In this document: positions 1 to 10,658 of the stretch, piece by piece
Layout of the letters: each line of letters opens with the position of its first letter
How positions within the stretch are numbered: the stretch's first letter is position 1
Origin: Collinsella sp.
Lineage (GTDB): Bacteria; Actinomycetota; Coriobacteriia; Coriobacteriales; Coriobacteriaceae
Assembly (NCBI GenBank): GCA_036301625.1
Contig: JAXJEC010000042.1
Span: 11,229-75,228, forward strand
Length of the DNA stretch: 64,000 nucleotides
Direction: 5' to 3'
The notes under the pieces: model-generated
Told to the model about the DNA's origin: nothing
The model's input: only the letters and a program-made list of their open reading frames with translations
Databases searched by the model: none
Position numbers and translations under genes: made by a program

Positions 1-382
1 CGGCGTTATCGAGCGTTTGCACGCCCAGAGAGACGCGCGTGACACCCACCCCGGCAAGCGCAGTGGCAAGCTCTGCGGTCAGCGATTCGGGATTGGCCTC
101 GCAGGTAAACTCAACAGGCTTGCACCACGCAGAGATACGCCGGGCAAATTCTACCAAACGCTCCCCCGCCAGCGACGGCGTGCCGCCGCCAACATAGACG
201 GTGCGGATCTGTGCAAGCGCGCCTGCGTCGCCAAAAGCATCGAGGCGCGCATACAACTGCTCAAAATAGGTATCGAGCGCAACGCTCATGTTGCACGGAG
301 CAAAACTGCGTGAGTCAAAGTCACAGTACCGGCATTTTTGGGCGCAAAACGGCACATGCACGTACAGCGCGGTAACGGCCAC
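1..382 (-). CDS. hemW: Radical SAM heme chaperone HemW (HemN-like), 5' part; runs off window
   Basis: Manual translation from GTG at 382: VAVTALYVHVPFCAQKCRYCDFDS (LYvHvPFC..kC.YCDF motif); lepA neighbourhood. Confidence 0.85.
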   Translation of the reverse strand, partial: MAVTALYVHVPFCAQKCRYCDFDSRSFAPCNMSVALDTYFEQLYARLDAFGDAGALAQIRTVYVGGGTPSLAGERLVEFARRISAWCKPVEFTCEANPESLTAELATALAGVGVTRVSLGVQTLDNA

Positions 383-384
383 CG

Positions 385-1428
385 TTAGGCCTCCAACGGA
401 TGAGCGGGCACCGACTCGCCGGCGGCAAGTGCGGCCTCACAGGCCACCACATCGTGCTCGATATCATCGACCAGTGCCATGAACTCCTCGTATGTGGAGC
501 AACGCACCACCTGAGCGCGCCAGGCGGCAGCATGGGGCATGCCCTTTAGATACCAGCTTGCGTACGTGCGGGCACGCGACATGAGCGGCAACAGCTCGTG
601 CGTGAGCGTCAGGTGCTCGCGCAGGGCATCCAGGCGCTCAACCGAGGAGCGAGAAGGAACCGGCGTGCCATCGAGTGCAAGGGCTCGGGCATCGCCGAAC
701 ACCCATGGATTGCCGTAGATGCCGCGCGCGATAAACACCGCGCTGGCACCCGAGCTTTGCAGATGCTCAGCAGCGTCCTCTGCCGAGAACACATCGCCCG
801 AACCGATAACGGGAATCTCGACGGCGTCGGCCACCTCATCGACGACCGACCAATCGGCCTGGCCCGTATAGAGCTGCGTGGCGCAGCGACCATGTACCGC
901 CACCGCGGCGGCCCCTGCTCCCTCAAGCATCTGGGCAAACGTCGCGGCGTTGCGGTCTTCGGCGTAAAAGCCCTTACGGATTTTTACGGTCACGGGCACA
1001 TGCGCCGCGCCCACCGCCGCCTCGACGATCTGCTCGGCCAGATCGGGAGTGCGCATAAGCGCCGAGCCCTCGCCCTTGGTGACGACCTTGCGAGCCGGGC
1101 AGGCCATGTTGATATCGATCAGCGACAGGCGATCGCCCACACGCTCCTCGACGGCAGCAACAGCGCTCGCAAACTGATCGGGCTTGGAGCCAAAGAGCTG
1201 CACGCAGATCTGCTGCTCCTCATCGGCCGGCAGTACCAGGCGCCACGTCTTATTGCTGGCATAGGCAAGGCCCGCCACGCTCACCATCTCGCTATAGGCA
1301 AGATGGGCACCGCGACGGCGGCACATGATGCGATAGGCAGGATCGGTTACGCCCGCCATGGGAGCCATAAGGAACGGCTGCTCGGCATAGGCGCCAAGCA
1401 ACCGCTTGCTGTATTCAGAAAGTGCCAT
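385..1428 (-). CDS. dusB: tRNA-dihydrouridine synthase
   Basis: MAPMAGVTD, DINMACP, VTVKIR, VHGR motifs. Confidence 0.92.
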   Translation of the reverse strand: MALSEYSKRLLGAYAEQPFLMAPMAGVTDPAYRIMCRRRGAHLAYSEMVSVAGLAYASNKTWRLVLPADEEQQICVQLFGSKPDQFASAVAAVEERVGDRLSLIDINMACPARKVVTKGEGSALMRTPDLAEQIVEAAVGAAHVPVTVKIRKGFYAEDRNAATFAQMLEGAGAAAVAVHGRCATQLYTGQADWSVVDEVADAVEIPVIGSGDVFSAEDAAEHLQSSGASAVFIARGIYGNPWVFGDARALALDGTPVPSRSSVERLDALREHLTLTHELLPLMSRARTYASWYLKGMPHAAAWRAQVVRCSTYEEFMALVDDIEHDVVACEAALAAGESVPAHPLEA

Positions 1429-1432
1429 GGAC

Positions 1433-3244
1433 CTACTCGTCCACCTTGAGAATCGCCATAAAGGCCTCCTGCGGAACCTCGACCGAGCCGATGGCCTTCA
1501 TGCGCTTTTTGCCCTCTTTCTGCTTCTCGAGCAGCTTGCGCTTTCGCGAGATATCGCCGCCATAACACTTGGCCAGCACGTCCTTGCGGCGCGCTTTGAC
1601 GGTAGAGCGGGCAATGATCTTGTTGCCGATGGCGCCCTGGATAGGCACCTCGAACAGCTGGCGCGGAATGATTTCCTTGAGCTTGTCGCACAGACCGCGG
1701 GCCAGGCCATAAGCCTTATCCTTGTGCACGATAAACGACAGCGCGTCCACCTCGTCGCCCGAAAGCAGGATGTCGAGCTTGACGAGCTCGGAGGGGCGAT
1801 ATTCGTTGAACTCGTAGTCGAGCGAGGCGTAACCCTTGGTGCGGCTCTTGAGCTGGTCAAAAAAGTCCAGAATGAGCTCGGCAAGCGGCATGTCGAAACG
1901 CATCTCGACCGATTTGCTCGTGAGATGGATCATGTCGGTTGTAATGCCGCGATGCTCGATAGCGAGCTGCATGACGGCACCCGTATACTCGGGCGGACAG
2001 ATAATCTTGGCCTTGAGGTAGGGCTCCTCGATGCGCTCGATGCGCGTAGCCTCGGGCAGATCCTGCGGGCTGCGAACATCAATCATCTCGCCGTCGGTCT
2101 TGTAGACGTGATAGTCCACCGAAGGGCTCGTGGCAATCAGGTCCAGGTTGAACTCGCGCTCCAGGCGCTCCTTGACGACCTCCATATGCAGCAGGCCCAA
2201 GAAGCCAACGCGGAAACCAAAGCCGAGCGCCACCGAAGTCTCGGGCTCCCACACCAACGACGGGTCGTTGACATGCAGCTTATCGAGCGCGTCACGCAGG
2301 TTCTCGTAGTCCTTGTTATCGATCGGGAACAGGCCCGTATAGACCATGGGCTTAGCCTCGCGGTAACCGGGAAGCGGCTCGGGGCAGGGGTTCGACGCCC
2401 AGGTAAGGGTGTCGCCCACGCGAACGGCCTCGGGGTCCTTCAGGCCCGTGACCACGTATCCGACCTCGCCGACCGTCAGCGCGTCGACCGGCGTCTCGGC
2501 GGGACGCTTGACGCCCACGCCATCGACCAAAAAGTCGCCCTTTGCCTGCATCATGCGCAAGGTATCGCCCTTTTTGATGGAGCCGTCAAAGATGCGCACC
2601 GTGGCGACGACGCCACGATACTCGTCGAAGTATGAATCCAGAATGAGTGCCTTGAGCGGCGCATTCGCATCGCCCTTGGGCGGAGAGATCAGAAAGACAA
2701 TGGACTCCAGCAGATCGTGGATGCCCTCGCCGGTCTTGCCCGAGACACACACGGCATCATCGGCAGGGATCGCCAGGTCATCCTCGATCTCGGTCTTAAC
2801 CTCGTCGGGATGAGCCGAGGGCAGGTCGATCTTGTTGATGGCCGGCACAATGTCCAGATTGGCGTTCATGGCAAGCGTCGCGTTGGAGACGGTCTGTGCC
2901 TCGACGCCCTGTGTGGCGTCGACAACGAGCACCGCGCCCTCACAGGCTGCCAGCGAGCGCGAGACCTCATAGGTAAAGTCCACGTGGCCCGGCGTATCGA
3001 TCAGATTGAACTGATACGTCTCGCCATCGTCGGCGTCATAGGACACGCGAACGGCATTGGACTTGATCGTGATGCCGCGCTCGCGCTCGATATCCATGGT
3101 GTCGAGCAGCTGCGACTCCATGTCGCGCTCGTCGACGGTATGGGTGAGCTCGAGAATGCGGTCACTGATCGTGGACTTGCCATGGTCGATGTGCGCAACA
3201 ATCGAGAAGTTGCGGATGTGGGAAATGTCAATTGAAGTATTCAT
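1433..3244 (-). CDS. lepA: Elongation factor 4 LepA
   Basis: [45 protein letters not shown]; start set at ATG 3244. Confidence 0.98.
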   Translation of the reverse strand: MNTSIDISHIRNFSIVAHIDHGKSTISDRILELTHTVDERDMESQLLDTMDIERERGITIKSNAVRVSYDADDGETYQFNLIDTPGHVDFTYEVSRSLAACEGAVLVVDATQGVEAQTVSNATLAMNANLDIVPAINKIDLPSAHPDEVKTEIEDDLAIPADDAVCVSGKTGEGIHDLLESIVFLISPPKGDANAPLKALILDSYFDEYRGVVATVRIFDGSIKKGDTLRMMQAKGDFLVDGVGVKRPAETPVDALTVGEVGYVVTGLKDPEAVRVGDTLTWASNPCPEPLPGYREAKPMVYTGLFPIDNKDYENLRDALDKLHVNDPSLVWEPETSVALGFGFRVGFLGLLHMEVVKERLEREFNLDLIATSPSVDYHVYKTDGEMIDVRSPQDLPEATRIERIEEPYLKAKIICPPEYTGAVMQLAIEHRGITTDMIHLTSKSVEMRFDMPLAELILDFFDQLKSRTKGYASLDYEFNEYRPSELVKLDILLSGDEVDALSFIVHKDKAYGLARGLCDKLKEIIPRQLFEVPIQGAIGNKIIARSTVKARRKDVLAKCYGGDISRKRKLLEKQKEGKKRMKAIGSVEVPQEAFMAILKVDE

Positions 3245-3340
3245 GCGGACTATCTTACCCGAGCGGTACAAAAAATGGAGCCTGTTCCATAAAACAGGCT
3301 CCATTTATGCGCGTAATCTGTGTGGTGTGAAATTTACAAC

Positions 3341-3607
3341 TTAAGCGTTGATGCTGTTCACGAGCTTGGCAAGACCGGACTTGCGGTTGGAAGCCTGGTT
3401 CTTGTGGATAACATGCTTGGCGGCAGCCATGTCGAGACGCTTGGTGACGGTCTTGAGGGCAGCCTGGGCCTTCTCGGCGTCGCCCTCGGCGACGGCGGAC
3501 TGGACGTGCTTGGTCAGCGTCTTGAGCTCGGACTTGACAGCCTTGTTACGCATGCGAGCTGCCTCATTGGTGCGGATACGCTTCTTCTGAGACTTGATGT
3601 TTGCCAC
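3341..3607 (-). CDS. rpsT: 30S ribosomal protein S20
   Basis: [14 protein letters not shown]...[14 protein letters not shown] start. Confidence 0.97.
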   Translation of the reverse strand: MANIKSQKKRIRTNEAARMRNKAVKSELKTLTKHVQSAVAEGDAEKAQAALKTVTKRLDMAAAKHVIHKNQASNRKSGLAKLVNSINA

Positions 3608-3740
3608 TTCTGGAGTTCCTTTCGAGTTCCTTGCAAAAAATGTATGACACCTCTGAGACACGGTGAGGTCATGCAAGCGCCTACTATAGCACGCTCCCCC
3701 TCAAAGGGATAGAACGAATTTGTCAAATAGGCAGGTATCA

Positions 3741-4703
3741 TCACGATTTTCTCAAGATGTTCGTAATCCAGAGCAAAAGCGCGGCCTCAGAATCGGCCGA
3801 ACCCTTGAGCGCGAGCTCTACATCGACCGCCCCCTCGAGCGCCGCGACGAGCTCTGCCATCGAAAAGCGACGTGCCCAGGTCAAGTGATTCTTGACCTGC
3901 CAGGACTGGAGCTTGAGCGTTGCGGCCAGCTCACGACCCTGTCCGCGCGCATCGAGCGCCTTGGCGACGATAAGCTCGCGGATGCGGCCGCACAGCAACG
4001 TGTAAGTCCACACGTAGCTCTTGGCGGGCAATAGATTGAAAAGCTTGAGCGAGCGTCGCATGTCACGTGCCGAGACCGCATTGAGAAAGTCCCAGGGTTG
4101 AACCTCGGCCGTACGTACAATCCAGCGCTCAACGTCGGCAAGCTCAATCTGGGGCGCCTCGACCATCTGGGCAAGCTTAGCCAAGTCGTTATCGAGCATG
4201 CGAGTGTTCTCGCCCGAACGCGAGACGAGCTCCTCGGCGGCCGCCGTCGAGATCGACTTGCCGCGCTGCGTCGCCATCTGCTGCACGCGACGCGGTAGCT
4301 CCCAGCGCTTGGTGCCGGAGCAATCGATCACGGCCTTCTTATCGATCTTGGCGATCGCCTTATACAGGCGTGTGTTCTTGGCAAGCGAGTCGGCAATGAT
4401 GAGGCAGACCGTTGTGGGGCTGGGACTCGCCAAATACTCGACAAGCGGCTCCGAGACCGCCTTGGCGAGCTTTGAACAGCCGTCAAGGATTACCAGGCGA
4501 AACTCGCTGCCCATCGGAAAGGTGTTAAGCGATCCGATAATCGACTCGATATCGGGGTCTTTGGTCATATCGCGCTCGTCGAGGTTGAACTCGACCATGC
4601 CCGTCTTTTCCAGACGCGCTTTCATACGCGAGACGGCGTGATCGCGCTTGACGCCGTCGGTACCGACGATCAGATATGCCGGCAGCAGACCGATTTCGGA
4701 CAT
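3741..4703 (-). CDS. holA: DNA polymerase III delta subunit
   Basis: HolA-like sequence in the conserved comEC-holA-rpsT order. Confidence 0.9.
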   Translation of the reverse strand: MSEIGLLPAYLIVGTDGVKRDHAVSRMKARLEKTGMVEFNLDERDMTKDPDIESIIGSLNTFPMGSEFRLVILDGCSKLAKAVSEPLVEYLASPSPTTVCLIIADSLAKNTRLYKAIAKIDKKAVIDCSGTKRWELPRRVQQMATQRGKSISTAAAEELVSRSGENTRMLDNDLAKLAQMVEAPQIELADVERWIVRTAEVQPWDFLNAVSARDMRRSLKLFNLLPAKSYVWTYTLLCGRIRELIVAKALDARGQGRELAATLKLQSWQVKNHLTWARRFSMAELVAALEGAVDVELALKGSADSEAALLLWITNILRKS

Positions 4704-4781
4704 TGCGCTCCCCTCCCGCAGGCCTTCGTATTCGTTCCGTGCCATTCTAGCCCAGGGGCCCACCACACGCCAACGACGTCG

Positions 4782-7085
4782 TCACGGTCGCTGGCATCGC
4801 ATCGTAAAGCCCTTCGCGGTCGGCGTGATGGTGATATCGCCGTGTTCGATAGTGCACGCGAACACACCGCCCGCTTCCTTAACGGCATCGATGCAGGCAT
4901 CGGACGGATGGCCGTATCGATTCCCCTCGCCCGCGCTCGCGAGGGAAAGCTCAGGCTTCAGGACGTCCAGCGACTCACCATCGACTGAAACCTTAGAGCC
5001 GTGATGCCCAAGTTTAAGGACATCGATATCCCCCACCTCCTGCACGAATTCCCGTTCTTGGTCGAGCTCGGCATCACCGGTGAGGAGCATACGCAGGCCC
5101 TTGCCTTCCTGAATATAAGAGAGCAGCAGGACAAGCGAGTCCTCATTTCCCTCGCCATCCACGGACTCGAATGGCCACATCACGCGAGCGCAAAATGAGC
5201 CGATGCCGACCGTATCCCCACGGCGCACCTGCCGATACTCCACGCCAGGTCGGTTCAATACTTCGGCAGGAGCATCCTCCAGCGCATCCGCCGCCACGGC
5301 AATCGTTCCGACCGAAAACTGTTCGAGCACGGCAGGCAGACCACCCCAGTGGTCCTCATCCCAATGCGTCACAAAGACGGCATCGATATGGTGCACGTTA
5401 TTGCGAACCAACGCCGCCACCACGCGCTCGTCGAGCCCGCAGTCGACGAGCGCTACTGCACCGCCCTCGCGGATAAGAATCGCATCGGCCTGGCCCACAT
5501 CGAGTACCGTCACCGAAGGCGGAGCGAATCGATCCCTGTAGACGTATGGAATCCCAGCCAAGAGCACCAGACATGCAAGCCCCACCGCCATAGGGAGTGC
5601 ACGGGGACGCGGCCACCAGACCAGCAGGGCCGCCAGCAAACACGGCACTAGGTAAATCCACACGCTATCGGGCGGCACGCTCACGGATGCACCCGGCACG
5701 GCGGCAAACAGCTGCTCGAAGAACAGCGCGCAACGGGCGGCAATCATGGGCACAACGAGCGCCCAAGCCCGCAACGGTCCCACGAGCGAAAAGGGAACCA
5801 GCACGATCGACACAGCAAGCAGTACGCTCACCACCGGACCAATGACCGCATTTGCCAACGGAGCAATGAGCGAGAACGTACCGAAGGCAGGAATGGTAAT
5901 GGGGAGCGTCGCCAACTGCGAGCACAGTGTGACGGAAAGCATACTGGCAATGCCCGATGGCACACCCAGCTCACCCAAAGCGTAGGAGGCGTACGGGCAA
6001 AAGCACAGGATGGCAAAGACGCTGGCACATGAAAGCTGAAAGCCTATCTCGAACAGCACCGTCGGCCGCAGTAGCACAAAGATGGACATGGTTGCGAAGA
6101 GTGCCGATGCGCCGTGCCGGCGACGCCCCGCGCCGTTTACGACAAGCGTCGTGAACACCATGCAGCACGCGCGCACGGCCGAGGGAGACGCGCCCGTAAA
6201 AGCAGCGTAGCCCACAAGCGTTATCGCCAATATCGCCCGCTGAAGACCACGTGAGCACCGAGTCTTTTGCAACACACCCTCGATTACAAACCCCACGATA
6301 GCCAAATGGCTGCCCGAGACGGCGATTAGATGCGCCGTTCCCGTCACCGAAAACCAGTCGCCCGCCGGTTGGGCGTGCAGCTCGGCCGAACGACCGCAGA
6401 CGACACCGGCTATGAACGCACGCGCCGGGTCGGTCGCAGGCGCGATGGACGCAAGCAGCCCATTTCGCAGCCGAAGCAGCGGCCCCGGAGAGCCCTCATC
6501 GACCGATAAAATCCGAACGGCTTTTACCTTGCATACCTCGCCTCGGAGCACACGCGATCGTCCATACGCATCGTTCTCAAAACGTGAAACGCGACCGATA
6601 ACACGCATGTGCGCCCCGACCCTGAGCTCGCGGTCACACGATAGGCGAACCGTTGCCAAGTTCTTGCCGTCCGCGCGTGCCTCGCAGGTACAGGAATACA
6701 CGTCGTCGTTTATGGATGGATCACCCTGCACGACAAACTCGAGGCTGCTTGCCGCTCGAGCGTCGAGCGCCTTCGAGGCGCTTAGCGCGCCCACAGCCCA
6801 CCACGCCGAGACGACCGCTCCCGCCACGAGACCGACGGACGCGGCATACAGCCACCGCTTCCAAGGGGCAAGCCGCGCACAAGATTGAGCCAGCACAACG
6901 AATACCGCCGCCGCGACGGGAATGGCCCATAGCGGCCCGACCGCCGGCGCCTGCTCCCTCAGCAGCGCATCAGCGGTCACGTTGAGCACCAAGGCGCAGC
7001 TCATGCACATGCCGGCACACAGGGCCATCGTCCACGGCATCAGGGGCCGCGGAGGCATCACATGCTCGCGCTCGGTCGCACTCAT
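4782..7085 (-). CDS. comEC: ComEC/Rec2 DNA internalization protein
   Basis: HLIAVSGSH, GFQLS, metallo-beta-lactamase motifs LDVGQAD, THWDEDH, GHHGS. Confidence 0.95.
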   Translation of the reverse strand: MSATEREHVMPPRPLMPWTMALCAGMCMSCALVLNVTADALLREQAPAVGPLWAIPVAAAVFVVLAQSCARLAPWKRWLYAASVGLVAGAVVSAWWAVGALSASKALDARAASSLEFVVQGDPSINDDVYSCTCEARADGKNLATVRLSCDRELRVGAHMRVIGRVSRFENDAYGRSRVLRGEVCKVKAVRILSVDEGSPGPLLRLRNGLLASIAPATDPARAFIAGVVCGRSAELHAQPAGDWFSVTGTAHLIAVSGSHLAIVGFVIEGVLQKTRCSRGLQRAILAITLVGYAAFTGASPSAVRACCMVFTTLVVNGAGRRRHGASALFATMSIFVLLRPTVLFEIGFQLSCASVFAILCFCPYASYALGELGVPSGIASMLSVTLCSQLATLPITIPAFGTFSLIAPLANAVIGPVVSVLLAVSIVLVPFSLVGPLRAWALVVPMIAARCALFFEQLFAAVPGASVSVPPDSVWIYLVPCLLAALLVWWPRPRALPMAVGLACLVLLAGIPYVYRDRFAPPSVTVLDVGQADAILIREGGAVALVDCGLDERVVAALVRNNVHHIDAVFVTHWDEDHWGGLPAVLEQFSVGTIAVAADALEDAPAEVLNRPGVEYRQVRRGDTVGIGSFCARVMWPFESVDGEGNEDSLVLLLSYIQEGKGLRMLLTGDAELDQEREFVQEVGDIDVLKLGHHGSKVSVDGESLDVLKPELSLASAGEGNRYGHPSDACIDAVKEAGGVFACTIEHGDITITPTAKGFTMRCQRP

Positions 7086-7795
7086 ACGCAGATGCAATCT
7101 TTGATTTTGGCAAGCTTCTTCTCGCCGATTCCCGACACACGCATCAGATCGTCAACCGAAGCAAAAGCACCGTTCTTTGTCCGCTCATCGATAATCGACT
7201 GGGCCATGGAGGGACCGATGCCCGAGAGCGTCTGTAGCTCTGCCGCGCTTGCCGTATTGATATTTACTAGGCCTGTTGCGCCACTCACACCCGATGATGC
7301 GGAAGCCCCACCAACAACACCGGCTTCCGCAATGGACGCCTGCTGCTCCCCTACCGTTGGAACGTGAATCTTCTGTCCATCGACGACCTTAGATGCCCGA
7401 TTGAGCCCCGTAACGTCTGCCTCGGGCGCCAGCCCGCCGGCGGCATCAATCGCCTGAGCCACCCGCGCGCCATCCTTGAGGCGATATACACCGGGCGACA
7501 CAACGGCGCCATCGACATCGACATAGACCTCTGCCGCGGCAGAAGCCTTAGTCGAAGAACCTTCGGATGTCTTTCCGCTCGAGGCATCACCGGATCCCGG
7601 CTCCACCAACGAGCCCGTACCGTCAGTGCGCTCAAACGACACACCACCGGCACCGCCGCCAAGGTTCGCCATCGCCAAGCCGCTCGCCATCGCAATGACG
7701 ACCAGTATCGCCATCACCACTGCCTTATGACCGAGCAGCTTGTCCGCCAAGCGGTCCATCCGTTTGACCCGTTCGTGTTGTTCGCGCTGCGCCAT
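7082..7795 (-). CDS. comEA: ComEA DNA-binding protein (SLBB + HhH)
   Basis: VDVDGAVVSPGVY; VNINTASAAELQTLSGIGPS. Confidence 0.95.
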   Translation of the reverse strand: MAQREQHERVKRMDRLADKLLGHKAVVMAILVVIAMASGLAMANLGGGAGGVSFERTDGTGSLVEPGSGDASSGKTSEGSSTKASAAAEVYVDVDGAVVSPGVYRLKDGARVAQAIDAAGGLAPEADVTGLNRASKVVDGQKIHVPTVGEQQASIAEAGVVGGASASSGVSGATGLVNINTASAAELQTLSGIGPSMAQSIIDERTKNGAFASVDDLMRVSGIGEKKLAKIKDCICV

Positions 7796-7870
7796 AGCAA
7801 AACCTCCCAACACCATCGTGTCAGGAAAGGAGTCCTGCAACAACCACGCTCCAAAACCGGTTTTAGCGGT

Positions 7871-7890
7871 CAAACCAAAAACCGACCAAA
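7871..7890 (-). promoter_or_regulatory. Putative competence-regulon box (copy 1)
   Basis: caaaccaaaaaccgaccaaa, 18/20 identical to 36842..36861; 76 nt upstream of comEA start. Confidence 0.5.
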
Positions 7891-7968
7891 ACCTTGCACA
7901 AATCTGTCCATTTATTCAGGCACACGTCAGCAAATGAACACTTAGCCGCAAAATGCCCAGATAGCAAA

Positions 7969-7998
7969 AGACCGACGATGCAGGCGCATCGTCGGTCT
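7969..7998 (-). terminator. Hairpin terminator after thiI
   Basis: agaccgacgatgc/gcatcgtcggtct inverted repeat with adjacent A-run. Confidence 0.7.
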
Positions 7999-8008
7999 AT
8001 GCACAAAA

Positions 8009-9253
8009 TTACTCGTGATCTTGGTAAATCTCACGCGGAGCAAGCTCCGAATGTTTGCGTTTTAAGGTCTTAGGGGCCTTATACGTATTGCTCTCGAAGT
8101 CGATATACTCGGTCTGCTTGAGCAGGCGCTCGATCATCTCCTCGTGATCGAACAACTCCCAGGCCTCATGCACGGCATCGAGTTTGGCGTGCGTCTCGGG
8201 ACGGCGCGGCATAAACAGCGTGCAGCAGTCGGGAGCGGCCTCAGTCGAGATATCGAACGTACCGATCTCCTCGGCACGCGCAATGATCTCCTGCTTGTCC
8301 GAACCGATGAGAGGACGGAACACGGGGATCTTCACGGCCTCGTTGACGGCCATGATATTCTCAAGCGTTTGGGAGGCAACCTGCCCAAGCGATTCGCCCG
8401 TCACGATGGCCTTGGCGCCCTCGATGTGCGCAATGCGCTCGGCAACCGAATACATAATACGGCGATACATGATCACGCGCAGGTTGCTGGGACAGGTGAC
8501 CGAAATCTCACGCTGGCAGTCACCAAACGGCACCACGTACAGGCGGCCGATCTGGACACCCGGCTCAAGCGCACGGATGATGTCCTGCACCAAATACTCG
8601 CTCGTATCGGGCGTCTGCGGACGACCGGAGAAATGTACCGGCACGCACACCGCGCCGCGACGCGCGAGCATCCAGGTCGCCACCGGAGAATCGATACCCG
8701 ACGACAGCAGCGTCACGACCTTGCCGGCAGAACCCACCGGCAGACCGCCCACACCGCGCTCGGAGCGCGCATACACGTAGACGCTACCCTGGACCACCAG
8801 TACGTGCACCATAGCGTCAGGATCGTGCATCTGAACCTTTTTATCAGGAAACGCCTCGCACAACACCTCGCCCACCTGACGATTGATGTCAATCGAGGTG
8901 AGCCCATAGTCAGTATTGGAGCGCTTGGCGTGCACCTTAAACGAATCGAAGGAACCAAACTCGTGCAGCGCCTTCACGGCGGCGGCGCAGTACTCCTGCG
9001 GGTCGCGGTTGGTGTGATACGCCAAAGACACACGAGCAACGCCGGGAACGGTGCGAATGACACGCGCCGCCTCGTCGGCCTGATGCTCGTTAAAGGTCAC
9101 GAGGATATAACCGGAAATTCGAGACACGGCATTCACGGAAAAGGCGGCCAAGGCCGCCTTGATGTTATCCATGAGGATATGCTCAAAATGTGCGCGGTTC
9201 TTACCCTTCAGTCCAACCTCGTGATAGTGGACCAGGCAGACGCGAGCCGCCAT
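8009..9253 (-). CDS. thiI: tRNA 4-thiouridine synthase ThiI
   Basis: THUMP domain, GGLPVGS, LLSSGIDSPVA, TGESLGQVASQT. Confidence 0.96.
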   Translation of the reverse strand: MAARVCLVHYHEVGLKGKNRAHFEHILMDNIKAALAAFSVNAVSRISGYILVTFNEHQADEAARVIRTVPGVARVSLAYHTNRDPQEYCAAAVKALHEFGSFDSFKVHAKRSNTDYGLTSIDINRQVGEVLCEAFPDKKVQMHDPDAMVHVLVVQGSVYVYARSERGVGGLPVGSAGKVVTLLSSGIDSPVATWMLARRGAVCVPVHFSGRPQTPDTSEYLVQDIIRALEPGVQIGRLYVVPFGDCQREISVTCPSNLRVIMYRRIMYSVAERIAHIEGAKAIVTGESLGQVASQTLENIMAVNEAVKIPVFRPLIGSDKQEIIARAEEIGTFDISTEAAPDCCTLFMPRRPETHAKLDAVHEAWELFDHEEMIERLLKQTEYIDFESNTYKAPKTLKRKHSELAPREIYQDHE

Positions 9254-9535
9254 TTAGGCTTCAGCAACCTTGTGGCCGAGCGCCTTCTCATAACGGGCCT
9301 CGTCGTAAGAGATGTCGCCGTCGACAATCTCATCCATAGCCATCGAAATGGTATCGGCACCGGAAAGCCCGATGGTGATGTCATCGACATCCTGGACGGC
9401 AAGCACGCGGTTGTGCTGGCCACGCAACATGCTATTGATGTCGCAGGCGCGCTTGGAGGCAAGCGAAGCGAGCAGGAAGCGGTTGTGATCGGTCTTCTCC
9501 AGAAGATCGTCAATGCAAGGCTTTACAACGGACAC
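9254..9535 (-). CDS. rpoZ: RNA polymerase omega subunit
   Basis: P.IDDLLEK..NRFLL...ASKRA; downstream of gmk. Confidence 0.9.
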   Translation of the reverse strand: MSVVKPCIDDLLEKTDHNRFLLASLASKRACDINSMLRGQHNRVLAVQDVDDITIGLSGADTISMAMDEIVDGDISYDEARYEKALGHKVAEA

Positions 9536-9540
9536 GGACC

Positions 9541-10110
9541 TCAGATCCTTTCATGCATATCGAGAACGCGAACGAGCTCATCGGTCGCGCGGTCGAGATC
9601 GTCATTCACCACGACGTCGTCGTAGCGGTCGGCAAGGGCAAGCTCATCGGCGGCGTTTGCCATACGCAGCTCAATCGTCTCGGGCGTCTCGGTACCGCGA
9701 CCGACTAGACGCTCGCGAAGCACCTCGAGCGAAGGTGGCTTGATAAAGATCAGCACGGCCTCGGGGAAACGCTCCTTCACCTGCAGGGCACCCTGGACAT
9801 CGATCTCCAAGATGAGAGACGAACCAGAGGCGAGCTTGGACTGGACCTCGCTCACCAACGTGCCGTAGCAGTTACCGTGGACCTCGGCCCACTCAACAAA
9901 CTCACCGTTTGCCACGCGGCGGTCGAACTCCTCGCGCGTCAGAAAAAAGTAGTTGACGCCGTCGACCTCACCTTTGCGTGGTGCTCGCGTGGTAGCCGAA
10001 ACCGTCAGGCCCAGGTTCGAGCGGCGCTCGCGCACACGAGTGACGAGCGTACCCTTGCCTGCGCCTGACGGTCCAGAAATCACAAAGAGCTTGGAATCCT
10101 GAGCGCTCAC
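9541..10110 (-). CDS. gmk: Guanylate kinase
   Basis: SGPSGAGKGT, SATTRAPRKGEVDGVNYFF. Confidence 0.97.
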   Translation of the reverse strand: MSAQDSKLFVISGPSGAGKGTLVTRVRERRSNLGLTVSATTRAPRKGEVDGVNYFFLTREEFDRRVANGEFVEWAEVHGNCYGTLVSEVQSKLASGSSLILEIDVQGALQVKERFPEAVLIFIKPPSLEVLRERLVGRGTETPETIELRMANAADELALADRYDDVVVNDDLDRATDELVRVLDMHERI

Positions 10111-10419
10111 TTATTTGGTCAGCTGCTCGAGGAGCTGCTCGCGCTGACGGACGCCGAGGCCCTGGACGCGACGGGTAGCGGAGATACCGAGCTCCTCCAT
10201 GATCTTGGCGGCCTTGGCCTTGCCATAACCAGGGAGAGACTCGATGAGGGTGGAAACCTTCATGCGGGAAGCGATGGGGTCATCGGAGTTGAGCACGGAC
10301 TCGAGGGACTTCTCACCCTTCTTGATCTGCTCGCGAAGCTCAGCGCGGGCGTGACGTGCGGCAGCAGCCTTCTCAAGAGCCTGCTTGCGCTGCTCATCGG
10401 TAAGCTGAGGGAGTGCCAT
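10111..10419 (-). CDS. mihF: Actinobacterial integration host factor (mIHF/sIHF)
   Basis: MALPQLTDEQR..ALEKAAAAR; H2TH motif LPGYGKAKA; pyrF-mihF-gmk order. Confidence 0.93.
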   Translation of the reverse strand: MALPQLTDEQRKQALEKAAAARHARAELREQIKKGEKSLESVLNSDDPIASRMKVSTLIESLPGYGKAKAAKIMEELGISATRRVQGLGVRQREQLLEQLTK

Positions 10420-10658
10420 TCGTACCTCCAAATAGTTGGGTTATATCTGATTCAATAATTGGCATTTTAGCACGTAGAACGTACAAAATGCCCAATCGCG
10501 GCTCCATAGGTTAGACGATACCCGCAAAAAGTGCAATATACTGCGCCCAAAGTTAAGCCCCTGACCTGCGATTCCACACAAAGGATGGGAAAGTTTACGC
10601 AGGCACAGGGGCTATTTTGTGCTAATGAGACCCAAAAGTGGTGACTTAGGGGAATCTT

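Noticed and set aside
10607..10625. ggggctattttg partial match to family-B REP
   Set aside because: Only about 11 nt match and no partner stem
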